Below are positions 33,414-33,468 of a stretch of DNA of 33,468 nt, piece by piece (position 1 is the first letter of the stretch; each line of letters starts with the position of its first letter). This DNA is from a virus. Position numbers and translations under genes: made by a program. The stretch is taken from UHGV virus genome UHGV-0120943; one strand, 5' to 3'. The notes beneath the pieces are model-generated. The model saw only the letters and a program-made list of their open reading frames with translations, ran no database searches and was not told the DNA's origin.

Positions 33414-33468
33414 GCGGGCAAGGTGACAACAGATCGTACTTTGATGTATCGCATAGGGTATGGATCAA
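33414..33468. repeat. Direct repeat copy 2 (55 bp, lipoprotein 3' fragment without start), reaches window end
   Basis: Exact match to 32105-32159; in the lipoprotein frame it is preceded by TGA TAA, so it is a gene fragment. Confidence 0.9.

Noticed and set aside
1-33468. CRISPR arrays, tRNA/rRNA genes, integrase or an attachment site at a tRNA
   Set aside because: No regularly spaced short repeats, no cloverleaf-like tRNA sequence and no tyrosine or serine recombinase-like ORF were seen. Absence is by eye only and should be confirmed with dedicated tools.

Overview
The window reads as the late half of a mosaic temperate prophage of enterobacterial type, preceded by a low-GC accessory island that looks like an anti-phage defense cargo region. 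All calls are made by eye from the translations and sequence; no database search was run. From left to right: (1) 1-127, a short minus-strand fragment resembling the C-terminal end of an IS200/IS605 TnpB; (2) 212-5327, three compact two-gene modules: an ABC/OLD-type ATPase with a TOPRIM-like partner (PARIS-like), a minus-strand ImmA/IrrE zinc-peptidase with a membrane-anchored protein, and an overlapping 255-aa/132-aa pair of unknown function; (3) 5820-8464, an operator-like region, a near-consensus LexA box in front of a 59-codon ORF, then nin-region genes (YbcN-like, YbcO-like) and a putative Q antiterminator; (4) 8577-9908, a lysis cassette; (5) 10285-11974, KilA-N and small moron genes; (6) 12082-12625, a disrupted small-terminase fragment and a putative cos region; (7) 12628-20009, a lambda-like head module (small and large terminase, gpW, portal, gpC protease, gpD decoration, gpE major capsid, gpFI); (8) 20006-31608, a P2-like contractile tail module (V, W, J, I, fibre, sheath, tube, E/E', tape measure, U, X, D); (9) 31775-33468, a lipoprotein gene, a minus-strand Bro-N antirepressor, and a 55-bp direct repeat of the lipoprotein 3' end that runs to the window edge. 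No integrase, repressor, replication genes, tRNA, rRNA or CRISPR array were seen. The strongest candidate for a novel or poorly described system is the left-hand island (212-5327).
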